Shown here: piece by piece, positions 26,732-36,740 of the stretch | How the letters are laid out: each line of letters begins with the position of its first letter | Position numbering within the stretch: the stretch's first letter is position 1 | From: Candidatus Methylomirabilota bacterium | GTDB taxonomy: Bacteria > Verrucomicrobiota > Verrucomicrobiia > Limisphaerales > SXQI01 | DNA length: 64,000 nucleotides | NCBI GenBank assembly: GCA_035627835.1 | Contig: DASPKX010000147.1 | Span: 8,964-72,963 of the forward strand | Direction of reading: 5' to 3' | Made by a program: the position numbers and the translations under genes | Notes under the pieces: generated by a model | Told to the model about the DNA's origin: nothing | What the model saw: the letters and a program-made list of their open reading frames with translations, nothing else | Databases searched by the model: none

Positions 26732-27641
26732 GGAAGTTCAATTCTTTCACCCCGCGCGCATCACGCAGCCGCAAACCAGGATCCTTGGTGATCTTCCCAA
26801 TACAAGTCAGGCGAACATCTGGAAACGCGGCTTTGAAGCCGTCGAGGGCTGCCACAGCGGACTTGCTGGGCAGCGTGAAAAGCAGCTCGAAATCTTCACC
26901 GTCCGTCAGGGCGGCCAGTGTGGGAGGTTTCGCGTTGCTGTGCTCCCTGGCCCGAAGCTTCGCAACGCGGCTGACCGGGAGGGATTGCTCGAAAAGTTCC
27001 GCGCCCACATTGCTTTGATTGAGGATATGGCGAAGGTCAGAAGCAAGGCCGTCGCTCACATCAATCATCGCGGTAAGAGGAAGGTTTTCAGCCAGCCATT
27101 GCCCTTCCTTCAACCGTGGCACGAAATCAAAGTGCTTCCCTTCAATCGAGCCGCCCAACTCGCCAGTGACAAAGATGGCGTCACCCGCCTGCGCGCGCGA
27201 ACGGCGAATGCAGCGCTCGCGGCCAACGCTTCCGAGCATCGCGATGGAGATGAACATCCGCTCGGGATTTCGTGTCGTTTCCCCGCCGACAATGGAAATC
27301 TTGAACTCGTCGGTGATCGCCCTCATCCCGGCGTAAACGCGATCGAGGACGGCCACATCAAAGTGTGGCGGCAAGCCCAGCGTGACCAGCGCGTGCAGAG
27401 GCGTTCCGCCCATGGCTGCAATGTCACTGCAGCATCGAGCGATCGCTTTCCGTCCAATTCGCTCCGGCTCGGATTCGGCATGGAAATGAGAGCCTTCAAC
27501 CACCGCATCCGTTTTCAGCAGAAACAGTTTATCAGGAACTCCCAGGTCCACGACAGCGCAGTCATCACCGGGACCGGTGACGACGCCGTCGTGCTGAGGA
27601 AGGCCTTGTGTCAGCCGCGCAATTAACTCGACCTCTTTCAT
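26709..27641 (-). CDS. thiL: Thiamine-monophosphate kinase
   Basis: GPGDDCA, SDIAAMGG, GGET, IDVSDGL and DGEDFEL. Confidence 0.95.
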   Translation of the reverse strand: MKEVELIARLTQGLPQHDGVVTGPGDDCAVVDLGVPDKLFLLKTDAVVEGSHFHAESEPERIGRKAIARCCSDIAAMGGTPLHALVTLGLPPHFDVAVLDRVYAGMRAITDEFKISIVGGETTRNPERMFISIAMLGSVGRERCIRRSRAQAGDAIFVTGELGGSIEGKHFDFVPRLKEGQWLAENLPLTAMIDVSDGLASDLRHILNQSNVGAELFEQSLPVSRVAKLRAREHSNAKPPTLAALTDGEDFELLFTLPSKSAVAALDGFKAAFPDVRLTCIGKITKDPGLRLRDARGVKELNFHGYDHFA

Positions 27642-27644
27642 CGC

Positions 27645-28343
27645 TTACGTGCTCACCAGCCAGGCAAAGTTCGCCGCATTAAAAATCGCATGCGCGGCAA
27701 TCGGCGCCAGCAGATTGTCAGCGCTTTCATAAAGCACGGCCAGCGCGACACCCAAAAATGCCAACGGCAGAAAGGTCAAACCGTGGCCATGGACAGCGGC
27801 AAACACCACCGCGCTGCCGTAGAGAGCCAAGCGTGGAAACCCACGTTGTTTGACGAGCGGGTACAGAATCCCCCGGAAGAGAACTTCCTCAACAATGGGC
27901 GCGCCAATAACAGCGAGGAGCGCGAAGCCGGCTTGCTCCACGAGCGAGTTCGTTTCTTCCAGGACTTTAACCGCGGGTTGAAGGCTCACCTCCCCGGCGA
28001 ACTTTTGATAAACGTAAACACAGACGCCGTTAATCAGCAGGGCGATTGGAATGATGAGAAGCGAGCTGATCACGCCCAGTCGAAGCGCCCGCGAAGGGAA
28101 TGTTCGAAAGCCGAATCCTTCCGACCATGTGCTCCCTTGGTTGCGCAGGAAAAAGTGAACCGCTGTGAGGGCGGAAACGTGAACGCCGAGTGTTCCAAAA
28201 AAGAACATCAACCCCTCAATGGTCTCGCCAGGTATGAGCCGGCGGCCGAGGTCCATAACCACAGAAACGATGGCTAATCCGAGGAACAGGTAAAGAAGCA
28301 AGCGAATGACATGCTCCCCCTGCCATGGTTTCGCGGATAACAT
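27645..28343 (-). CDS. CPBP-family (CAAX/Abi) intramembrane metalloprotease
   Basis: Multiple TM segments, EEVLFRG, FAAVH and HAIFN. Confidence 0.9.
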   Translation of the reverse strand: MLSAKPWQGEHVIRLLLYLFLGLAIVSVVMDLGRRLIPGETIEGLMFFFGTLGVHVSALTAVHFFLRNQGSTWSEGFGFRTFPSRALRLGVISSLLIIPIALLINGVCVYVYQKFAGEVSLQPAVKVLEETNSLVEQAGFALLAVIGAPIVEEVLFRGILYPLVKQRGFPRLALYGSAVVFAAVHGHGLTFLPLAFLGVALAVLYESADNLLAPIAAHAIFNAANFAWLVST

Positions 28344-28385
28344 GAAGCGTTGCCGGAGCGCTGCCACGAAAGGCAGCGACGGCTG

Positions 28386-28646
28386 CTAGTTGTTGCGGGG
28401 TTTCGGCAGCTCGTGAAGGCCGACCGCATGCGCTATGTCGCGGAATTCCTCGCGGCTGACAGTTTCGAGCTGCTTGCCCTTTGCCGAAAGCTTTTCGTTA
28501 ATCTTGATGACCTTTTCCGTCATCACTTCGTGAGTCTCAGCGCTTCCACCCACGAGAGCAAAGTTCTCCCCGGTGGTCACACGTTTGTGGCCGTCGGAGT
28601 CGAGTCCCACACCTAGCAGCACCGCTTTCTTCTGCGTCTTCGGCAT
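28386..28646 (-). CDS. Small hypothetical protein
   Basis: 86-aa ORF co-oriented within the operon, with natural-looking composition (LLGVGLDSDGHKRVT...GGSAETHE). Confidence 0.65.
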   Translation of the reverse strand: MPKTQKKAVLLGVGLDSDGHKRVTTGENFALVGGSAETHEVMTEKVIKINEKLSAKGKQLETVSREEFRDIAHAVGLHELPKPRNN

Positions 28647-28692
28647 GAAGTCACCGTAACGAGAAGGACCCAGCGATGGCAAGCGCGAGAGG

Positions 28693-31600
28693 TTAATCCT
28701 TGCCGAGCTTCTCGTAATAATTCTTCACCAGCTCGGAATACTTCGGGGGAACGGGATCGCGATCGATCGGCACGAGCGACTCCGGCGATTCGAGTTTGGC
28801 CAGCTCTTCCGCGAGGCGTTGCCGCACTTCCAGCAAAGGAGTGAGCACCTGGTTTTGGACGAGATCCCATTTCGGCTCCTGGGAATGCCGACGGAACTCC
28901 GCTCGAACGGAGCGCGCTTGCTCGCGAGCGCGGACGAGCTGCTCGCGCAACTCCGGCTGGCTCACGAGTTCCTCGACTTCACGCAGACGATCCTCCCACT
29001 GGCGGAAGTCGCCGCCAGTCAGCGGCCCTTCCTGACCCTCACGTGCACCGGTGCCGTTGTTCATGTTGTCGAAGAAAGCTCCGCCGCCATTGCGGTTGCC
29101 ACCATTCCGATTGCCGCCGCGGTTTTGACGCTGGCCTCCGGGTTGTTGGCCGCCTTGCTGATTATTGTTGGCAAGCTGCGGAGTCTGGCCGGCCCCGCCG
29201 TTTTGGCCGCCTTCCTCCTGACCGCCCTGCCCCTGCCCCCCCTGCTGACGGCCATTTTGTTGGCCCTGTTGTTCCCCGCGCCCCTGCCCTTGTTGTTGGC
29301 CGGGCTGACGACCTCCTTCCTGGCCCTGGCCTTGCTGTTGGCCCTGCTGGTTGGACTGCTGTTCACCACCTGGACCCTGCTGCTCGCCTTGGCCGGGAGT
29401 TTGGCCGGTTTCGCCGCGCCGCCCCGGCTGCCGGCCTTGACCTTGCCGTTGAGTGTTGCTGGCCAACTGGCGTGGCCGCTCACCTTCCACGTTCTGCTCG
29501 GAAGCCTCAGCCGATTCAGATTCACCCTGCCCACGCGCTTGCGCCAACTGGTTCGTTCCTCCGCCTTGGGCTCTGCCGGTCAGGTTCGTTGAGCCGGGCT
29601 CCCGTTGGCCCGAAGCGTTCTCCGCGAGCTGATTTCGCTGCCCGCCCTGACCGCCTTCTCGCCGCCCCGCTTCGCCAATCTCATTCTGAAGGCGCTGACT
29701 TAAATCTGTTAGCTCGCGCTGCGCCAGCCGAAGACTTTCAGCTTCATTGCCGAGAACGGATTCCGCCGCGCGATCGACGCTGTCGCGAAGGCTCTCGAGG
29801 CTCGTGCGGGCGCGTTGCTCGAATTGGTCCGCCTGGCTTAACAAGCCGCGACGCACCAGTTCGGCTGACATATCGAGATCCCGTTCGGTCGTTTCCTGAG
29901 CTTGCTTGCGCAAGGTGTCGTAAAGCTGCTTCGACAAGAGCGGTTCGCTGGCTTCAGCCTGCTCTGTGACCTGGCGCATATTGCTGAGCATGTTGGTCAG
30001 CGCGGTTCCTTGTTTCTCCAAACGCTCCGCGATTTGCGCCTTCTCACCGGAGTCGCCGAGGGACTTCCGTTGCGGCTCTTTCATTTTCTCAAGCTGTTGG
30101 GCGAGCTGCTCCTGGTTCTGCGCGAGCTGGCGAGCTTGATTCCGCAATTCCCGCATCTGTTCTGTGAAGGCGCTGCTGGTTTCCTGGCGGAAATCTTCCT
30201 TGAGCTTTTCCAAGTCCCGCTGGGCGCGAGCGCTGGAGCTGAGCGCCTGGCCGACCTGCCCCTGCTCCATCTGCTCCGCCGCTTTGTTGGCCTGCTCGCG
30301 GGTCTGGTCGAGTTGGGAAAGAGCTTCACTTGCGCGCTCCATGTTCTGCTGATTGGCCACGCGCTCACGGACCTCATCCATATCCTGGACCATTTGGCGC
30401 TGCTCCTCGCGAAGACGTTTGAGCTGGCGCATCAATTCTTCACGCTGCTTCTCGTCAGCGGCTTGCAACGCCGTCTGCAATTCCTGGAGCCGCTCCTGAA
30501 TGTCCTGCTGGCGTCGAGCGAGGTCTTTAAGGCGGCTCAGGATCTGCACATTCTCACGCTGCTCAGGCGTTTGGGCGCCCTGCGCCTGTGAGCGCGTTTC
30601 GTAACGATCCTCTGATTGCTCGAGGTCGAGTTCGTTAACCTGCTGTTGATTGCGCCCTCCCCCACCGCCGCCGCCACCGCGTTGTTGGCGCGAGCGCGCG
30701 ACCTGAAACTCACGGGCCGCTAGCTTTAGCAATGACTGATAAGCGCTTTGCTCAGATGCCAAGGCTTTGGGCAGCGGCTGCGTGACTCCTTTACCCGCGG
30801 CGGCCAACTGGTTCATCGCCTCGGTCATGGATTTGGTGGCGCTCTCGAGGAACGGTTTTAACCGGGCATCCTGAAGCTCCTCCATCATCGCCTCTGCTTT
30901 TTGCAGCGCGTCCCGTTGGGAGTTCAGGATGACATTCACATCGTCCTTGTACTTCGGCGAAACTTTCAGGCTGCTTTCGCGCCGCTGGAGGTTCCAGGTT
31001 GCCGTGACGATTTGCTTTTGGATTTCTGCCAGTTGCTCTGTTGGGTTTCCTTGCTGGCCCTGCTGCTGTTGTTGCTCTTGCTGATCCTGCTGGCCGGCGG
31101 TGCTTTCGCGGAAGATCTCCTCGAAAGGACGAACTTCGGCAAAAAACATGTCGCTGTACGTGCGGCGGGGCTGGCCGTCAGGCCCGACATCCTCCGCCCA
31201 ATAAAAATAGCTCACCAGTTGGTCTGGCTGCGCATCGAGCGTCTCCAGCGGGAGCATGTAATTAACCTGCTTCTTTGGCAGCGCCTTGGAGTTGGTGCTC
31301 TCCACAGCCGCAACCGTGGGTGGCGCTTGAATCACGTCCGCCTTGATAAACTGCGGCTCATCTCCCCCGACCGAGTAGGCAATGCCGTAGTCGCTGAGTC
31401 CGAAGTCGTCCCACGTCTCTGCGGCAAAGGCAATTTCCTCAAGGGGAGAAACGCGCAGATCGCCGCGTGGAAATGCCAGCTTGAACTGAGGAGGCCGATT
31501 GGGTTGCGCGGTGAATGCAAATTCCGGTGGGGCTTTGTTCGTGCGCCCGTCAGCATCCACGAGGCGCAGCTCGTACTTCTTGCTCTCCAACAGCTCCAGG

Positions 31601-32643
31601 CCGAGCTGGTAAATGTTGCTTTGCCCAGGGCTTGGTTGCAGTGCGATTTTGCTGTTATCACGCGCAACCAACTCAGCGCTCTTCACCGGCTTGTTGAGCT
31701 GCAACTGATATTCGACCTTTGTTCCTTCCACGGCCGTAACGCGCGTGGTGTCCATGATCGTTTTTGGCTCCTGCTTCGTGTAAGTCGGGAAATTTAACGT
31801 GGCGTTGGCCTGCTTCAGCTCGGGCAGCTCGAAGACCTTGATCTTGTAATCACCGACTTCTCCGCCTGTGAACTGGACCTTGTAAACGAAATCATGCTGA
31901 ACGTCGTGGATGGTTCCGCCGAACAGGGGATCATCAAGGCTGCGCTGCAGATCGATCGTGCGCATTGCGCCGCCAGCGGGGCCAAACGACAACTTGGCTT
32001 CGCGCGGCCCGGGCTTTGGAAATTGCACCACCACCGCGACACTGGATCCCTTCTCCACCTCCGCGTCCCCGGGAGAGACTTGAATGCTCTTGAGAGCCGC
32101 TGGCACCGCGACACCTTTGCGGGCCAATGCTTCAGGGCGGCTTTGGTGCAGGCCCACCAACACGGCCATGGCGACCACCAAAGCTATCGAGTGACCGACA
32201 TGCGCGAAGAACAACCGATCGTAGAATTTCTGGAAGGAGCCTTTGCGGCGGACCATGTCACCCGCTTCGCGAATGACGCGTTCCTGCAGGTAACTGAACT
32301 TGCCGTCTGCGCCCGGCTGTTGCTCGATTGCTGCGAGCAAGCTCGCATTGAGTGTTGGATTCTCCTCTTCAAAGGCGCGGGCCACGTCGCGCCCCGTTAG
32401 CCGAATGCGCAGGGTTCGCGCCAAAGTGACGCCAGCGAGCAGGAGGGCCAGGAACACGACCGCACCGAACACCCAGCGGGTCATCCAGCCAGTTGACCAA
32501 TAAATGACCAGAAACACTGCGCCGACGAACGCCGTCACCGACCACGCGGTGGCAAGCCCGGTCCAGAGGCGAAAACGCTTGTAGCTAATGGCGAGCCGCT
32601 CGAGCTGCGTTTGCAAAGGGTTTCGCGTTATCATCGGTTTCAA
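28693..32643 (-). CDS. Large membrane-anchored coiled-coil protein (DUF4175-like) of a BatA/vWA cluster
   Basis: N-terminal TM helices, Ig-like beta region, long heptad-rich helices, a Gln/Gly-rich tract and C-terminal DPVPPKY...YYEKL. Confidence 0.75.
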   Translation of the reverse strand: MKPMITRNPLQTQLERLAISYKRFRLWTGLATAWSVTAFVGAVFLVIYWSTGWMTRWVFGAVVFLALLLAGVTLARTLRIRLTGRDVARAFEEENPTLNASLLAAIEQQPGADGKFSYLQERVIREAGDMVRRKGSFQKFYDRLFFAHVGHSIALVVAMAVLVGLHQSRPEALARKGVAVPAALKSIQVSPGDAEVEKGSSVAVVVQFPKPGPREAKLSFGPAGGAMRTIDLQRSLDDPLFGGTIHDVQHDFVYKVQFTGGEVGDYKIKVFELPELKQANATLNFPTYTKQEPKTIMDTTRVTAVEGTKVEYQLQLNKPVKSAELVARDNSKIALQPSPGQSNIYQLGLELLESKKYELRLVDADGRTNKAPPEFAFTAQPNRPPQFKLAFPRGDLRVSPLEEIAFAAETWDDFGLSDYGIAYSVGGDEPQFIKADVIQAPPTVAAVESTNSKALPKKQVNYMLPLETLDAQPDQLVSYFYWAEDVGPDGQPRRTYSDMFFAEVRPFEEIFRESTAGQQDQQEQQQQQGQQGNPTEQLAEIQKQIVTATWNLQRRESSLKVSPKYKDDVNVILNSQRDALQKAEAMMEELQDARLKPFLESATKSMTEAMNQLAAAGKGVTQPLPKALASEQSAYQSLLKLAAREFQVARSRQQRGGGGGGGGRNQQQVNELDLEQSEDRYETRSQAQGAQTPEQRENVQILSRLKDLARRQQDIQERLQELQTALQAADEKQREELMRQLKRLREEQRQMVQDMDEVRERVANQQNMERASEALSQLDQTREQANKAAEQMEQGQVGQALSSSARAQRDLEKLKEDFRQETSSAFTEQMRELRNQARQLAQNQEQLAQQLEKMKEPQRKSLGDSGEKAQIAERLEKQGTALTNMLSNMRQVTEQAEASEPLLSKQLYDTLRKQAQETTERDLDMSAELVRRGLLSQADQFEQRARTSLESLRDSVDRAAESVLGNEAESLRLAQRELTDLSQRLQNEIGEAGRREGGQGGQRNQLAENASGQREPGSTNLTGRAQGGGTNQLAQARGQGESESAEASEQNVEGERPRQLASNTQRQGQGRQPGRRGETGQTPGQGEQQGPGGEQQSNQQGQQQGQGQEGGRQPGQQQGQGRGEQQGQQNGRQQGGQGQGGQEEGGQNGGAGQTPQLANNNQQGGQQPGGQRQNRGGNRNGGNRNGGGAFFDNMNNGTGAREGQEGPLTGGDFRQWEDRLREVEELVSQPELREQLVRAREQARSVRAEFRRHSQEPKWDLVQNQVLTPLLEVRQRLAEELAKLESPESLVPIDRDPVPPKYSELVKNYYEKLGKD

Positions 32644-32669
32644 CCTTCCACTTCAGTCACGTCTTCAAA

Positions 32670-34751
32670 TCATGCGGTCGCGGCGCTTTCCCCGGAGCTT
32701 CGCTTCAGCGTTTTCCACCCGGCGATCGCGCTCTCCAATAATAACCCAGCCACAGCCGCCACAAGGAACCATCTCCACATTTTTTGGCGGTTCTCCAACT
32801 CGACGGCCATGAGGTTCTTCTCGGACTTCACAGTTGCCGGGGAGATGGCTGGAGGTTGCTCCTTTATCGGGACTCCCATCCTCTCGAGTTCTTCGAGGGT
32901 GCGCGGCTTCGTGCGACCCTCGCTTGGATCCATGTTCACCGCGAACTCCAGCGGCGGAGTTCCCTCCATCACATAGATCCCGGGCGTTGCCGTGTCGGTG
33001 AAAGCAGCGTCTGCGGGCACAATCTTCACTTCGCCGGACGGCACACGGACGCGCGCCTCGCCACGCCCTTTGGGCAGAGGCAGAGCCTCGCCCACTCGCA
33101 CTTCCGTCGTGCCGCTTCGGACCGCGCCGGAATGGTCGAGCATGCCGTAGAGCAGCGGCACGAACTTCGAGGAGAGAGCGAGTTGGGAATCGGCTGGTTG
33201 CCAGCCGCTCGCAAGGATGAAGATGGAGCCTTGGCCCACAGGCGCGTGCAGGATGGCCGGACTGTTGTCATCAAATCGGGCAATCACTCTTGCATTGGAG
33301 CCAGAGTCGAGGCTCACAGCACGGCGTTTCCAAAAACGTATCTTCGTAAAATCACTAAAGCGCGGGTCTGCGAATGGGGCGAACAAGGGATGGTCAAAGG
33401 AGATTTGGCCGAACAGCGCGTCCTTCGTTGGGCCATTCTGGACAGTCAACTTTGCGTCTGGAGCCAACCTTGCCAGCAGTGGCCCCATCTCTGGAGAACG
33501 CAGCATCAGCAACACCGTTTTGCCGGTTGTAATTGCGGCGGCCAAAGGCGCCACCGCGTCATCCGGCATCTGCCCAGCCACGACCACCAAGCCGGCGTTC
33601 TGCAACTGCTCGGGCGCGGGCGGACGGATGAGGTTCGTCACCACGATCTTTTGGCGGGGGTCTTGCTCAAGAGCGCGTTGCAGATAGTAAAGCGGTTGGG
33701 CCGTGTCCTTGGGATCATCCCCGCCGAAGTAGAGGACCGAGACGTTTTGCTGGGCGGCTGCGGCCACAAACAACTGATTGTCGAACAGATGATCATCGCC
33801 TGTCAGGAGCAAGGAAACAGGGCCGTTGGAAGAGGGACGCTCGGGCACGGTGACGGTCTGACTTTTTCCTGGAGCCACGTACACGTCGAGGGGCTTGCCC
33901 AGATGCGTCAGGGCTCCAGGGACTGCCCAACCCAGCTTGAATTGTTCCTTGCGGGAATCACCGGAATTGTGAACTCGCACCCGCCCACCTTTCGCTCCGC
34001 TCGGAGCGCCAGCTTCTGCCAGCACGGTCAAGCTGGCGTTCGATGCGGAGGTTTCCAGGTTAACGAGCGACACCCTGGTGTTCTTCGGCCATTCAAGTCC
34101 TTGCAATCCGTCCAGACGCCCGCCCTCCTGAAAATCAGTGATCAGGTAAATTAACTGCTCGGCGTCGGCATCGTTCATGGCAGCTTCGTGAAGCAACTCC
34201 ACTGCGGCGGCGACGGCGTTGCCGTAGTGGCCGGTGTTCCATGATGGTTTGATGTTCGCGAGCTGCTGCTGCAAACGCGCTTTGCGCTCGCCCACTGGGA
34301 GCGCGCGCGATTCCTCAAGCCTCAGGAGCGCCGTGCTCGTGCGGTCAAACGTCAGGACGGCGAGTTCATCTTCCGGCCGGGTTGAGCTGACTACTTTGTC
34401 GAGTTCGCTGCGGGCTTTAGTCCAGAGATCTGCGCGGCGCATGCTCGCGCTCGTGTCCACTAGCGCCACAATGCGTTTGTGGGTTCCTTTGGTGGTGGGC
34501 AGCGCGAGGGACTTTTGCACGTAAGGCCGCGCGAAAGCTAAAGCGAGGGCTGCAATAACGAGGCATCTCAGGATGAGCAGAAAGATGTCCTGCAGCCGAC
34601 TTTTGCGCGTGATCTGGGGCGGTGATTGCTCCAGGAACAATAGCGAGCTGAACTGCACCCGCTGGCGGGTGATATGCCGGATCAGGTGGTAAATGATTGG
34701 TCCCGCTATCGCGAGCCCGCCGAGAAGAAATAATGGAGTAAGGAAGCTCAT
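32670..34751 (-). CDS. BatA-domain / vWA protein
   Basis: N-terminal BatA pattern (FLTP...PIIYHLI...F-S-L-FL...LALAFARP), vWA MIDAS DTSASM and ITDFQ, and a C-terminal TM. Confidence 0.88.
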   Translation of the reverse strand: MSFLTPLFLLGGLAIAGPIIYHLIRHITRQRVQFSSLLFLEQSPPQITRKSRLQDIFLLILRCLVIAALALAFARPYVQKSLALPTTKGTHKRIVALVDTSASMRRADLWTKARSELDKVVSSTRPEDELAVLTFDRTSTALLRLEESRALPVGERKARLQQQLANIKPSWNTGHYGNAVAAAVELLHEAAMNDADAEQLIYLITDFQEGGRLDGLQGLEWPKNTRVSLVNLETSASNASLTVLAEAGAPSGAKGGRVRVHNSGDSRKEQFKLGWAVPGALTHLGKPLDVYVAPGKSQTVTVPERPSSNGPVSLLLTGDDHLFDNQLFVAAAAQQNVSVLYFGGDDPKDTAQPLYYLQRALEQDPRQKIVVTNLIRPPAPEQLQNAGLVVVAGQMPDDAVAPLAAAITTGKTVLLMLRSPEMGPLLARLAPDAKLTVQNGPTKDALFGQISFDHPLFAPFADPRFSDFTKIRFWKRRAVSLDSGSNARVIARFDDNSPAILHAPVGQGSIFILASGWQPADSQLALSSKFVPLLYGMLDHSGAVRSGTTEVRVGEALPLPKGRGEARVRVPSGEVKIVPADAAFTDTATPGIYVMEGTPPLEFAVNMDPSEGRTKPRTLEELERMGVPIKEQPPAISPATVKSEKNLMAVELENRQKMWRWFLVAAVAGLLLESAIAGWKTLKRSSGESAATA

Positions 34752-35779
34752 TCAGCTCGCGCCTCCCTGGGGCTCGGTTCCGGCAGCTCGGCGTAAAGGT
34801 GGGAAAGTTGAACCAGTACCTGCTCCAGCTCTTTGTAGTAAAGAGCGCGCTCCATGGTTTCCTTGCGACCGCGAAGTTGCTCCACCTGCATCTCCAAAGC
34901 GTCGCGCTTCTGGCGCCATGCTAAAGGCGCGCCGCGCTCGCTCTCCACAGGCAGAAGCGCGATTTGCAAAGCTCTGCTGCCATCGACCGCTTTAGAACCG
35001 GCGGCTTTCTTGGCAGCGCGCACTCCTTTGAAGAAGTCTGGCGGGGTGCCGACGCCATCGCCGTTGTCATCGACAAGCGCGTGCTCGGTCATCAAACGGC
35101 CATTGTTGGAGTAGAACTCTGCGGTTCGCCGAGCGGCCATCAGGAAAGCTTCAAGGGCGGAGGTTTGCCCGTCCTTATCCAGATCACCTTCAGGGCGGCA
35201 GGCAACATCAGCAAAGTGCTCGCCAAAGCGGGTGTAGTTCACTTCCGCCCCGCTCCGTGTCGCGCTCAACACCACACGATCTTTGCCTGCAACCTTGCCC
35301 ATGAAGGCAGCGCTGCTTGAAAATCCCAGCACGACCACCAAGGGGCGCTGGAAAGGCTGAAGGAGGGCGCCCAACTCGGTCGCGGAGAGATCGGGTCCCC
35401 GCAGGTTGAACTTGCCTTCCCGGTTATCGAATGTGCCGTGGCCATGAAACACAAGCCAAAGCTCAGCGCCGGTGGTGGGTTGATCCTTTAACCAGCCACG
35501 GAGTTGCTCCAAATCGTTCGTTGCTGCTGGGTCGGCGCCGAAAACCTGCAAAGGCACGCCCGCCATCTTGCAGTTTTCTGCCCATGCTTGAGCGACACGG
35601 TTGAAGGCATTCGTGTATGCGTCTTCACCCGGCGCGCTAAAGACAAGCAGCACAGCGGGCTTGTCGGAAAGGGGAGCTGCGGGAGCGGAGGCAGCAGCGC
35701 GAGGCGCGCAGAAGAACAGCATCAGGGGGAGCGCGAACCCGGCCAAAAAGGCGCGAGGGTTCAAAAGCGGCCGGGGCAT
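34748..35779 (-). CDS. Exported hypothetical protein, caspase/C13-like fold suspected
   Basis: Signal peptide, LVFHGHG motif, SATRSG-x-E and DDNGDG. 4-bp overlap with the BatA gene. Confidence 0.7.
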   Translation of the reverse strand: MPRPLLNPRAFLAGFALPLMLFFCAPRAAASAPAAPLSDKPAVLLVFSAPGEDAYTNAFNRVAQAWAENCKMAGVPLQVFGADPAATNDLEQLRGWLKDQPTTGAELWLVFHGHGTFDNREGKFNLRGPDLSATELGALLQPFQRPLVVVLGFSSSAAFMGKVAGKDRVVLSATRSGAEVNYTRFGEHFADVACRPEGDLDKDGQTSALEAFLMAARRTAEFYSNNGRLMTEHALVDDNGDGVGTPPDFFKGVRAAKKAAGSKAVDGSRALQIALLPVESERGAPLAWRQKRDALEMQVEQLRGRKETMERALYYKELEQVLVQLSHLYAELPEPSPREARAE

Positions 35780-35963
35780 AAGTTCTCCAACGCGATATAG
35801 TGCCTCACCGCTTCTCAGGCCCCAAGTAGTAATTTTCACCTGCGCACTCCTCAGGGCTGCGCTGATCGCTTTGCTGTGAGGACAGTATAAAGACGCGCGC
35901 GAGGGGCGGCAGGTTGCAGGAAACTTCGTTGCGCTTTGCCCCGCCTGCTACTTCCATTGCGCG

Positions 35964-36725
35964 GTGCAGGAGTTGTTTGGGATGCCCGGGAGCGCGCTAT
36001 TGGCTGGAGCCATCGGCGTGCTTTTTATCGGGCTCGCCAAGGCGGGGTTCGGCGGCGGGCTTGGAATGCTCAGCACGCCCTTGTGCGTCGTCGCTTTCGG
36101 CCCGGAGCACGCCATTGGCATTCTCCTGCCCCTGCTCTGCGCCGGGGACTCATTCTCACTGTGGCACTACTGGGGCAAGTGGAGGATCGAGAACCTGAAG
36201 TTCCTGCTGCCGGGCGTTTTCATCGGCGTGCTGATTGGGGTTCAGCTGTTCAACCGGTTTTCGGCGCGGGAACTCAATTTGATCATTGGCCTGTTGGCTA
36301 TCGTCTTTGTGCTGTTCCAACTAACGAAGCAGTGGCTCTTTCGGTCCGACAGCGCGTTCAAACCCAACCACCTTGTTGGCTTCCCGTGCGGGGTTGGCGC
36401 CGGGGTAACCTCCACGTTTGCGCATGGGGCCGGGCCGGTGGTGGCTGTGTTCCTCATCCCGCAGAAGCTGCCGAAGGAGGTCTTCGTTGGAACGACAGTC
36501 CTGGTCTTTACCTGGATAAACTGGGTAAAGCTCCCGTTCTTTGTGGCGAATGATATCATCAATGGCCACACCTTGAAGGTCGCTGCCTTGTTCTTCCCGC
36601 TCGTGCCGCTGGGGGTCTGGGTCGGCGTCTGGATGAATCGCAAGATCTCGGACCAGCACTTCCCCAAAGTGATCTACGCGCTCACGTTTCTCACGGGTCT
36701 GCACCTCGTCATCAAGAACCTGTGA
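35964..36725 (+). CDS. Sulfite exporter TauE/SafE family membrane protein
   Basis: About 8 TM segments, GFGGGLG and STFAHGAGP patterns. Confidence 0.88.
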   Translation: MQELFGMPGSALLAGAIGVLFIGLAKAGFGGGLGMLSTPLCVVAFGPEHAIGILLPLLCAGDSFSLWHYWGKWRIENLKFLLPGVFIGVLIGVQLFNRFSARELNLIIGLLAIVFVLFQLTKQWLFRSDSAFKPNHLVGFPCGVGAGVTSTFAHGAGPVVAVFLIPQKLPKEVFVGTTVLVFTWINWVKLPFFVANDIINGHTLKVAALFFPLVPLGVWVGVWMNRKISDQHFPKVIYALTFLTGLHLVIKNL

Positions 36726-36740
36726 CGCCGACCGGCGGCC

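Noticed and set aside
28819-31797. Hydrophobic plus-strand ORFs resembling membrane proteins
   Set aside because: Antisense shadows of the Gln/Glu-rich 1,316-aa protein.
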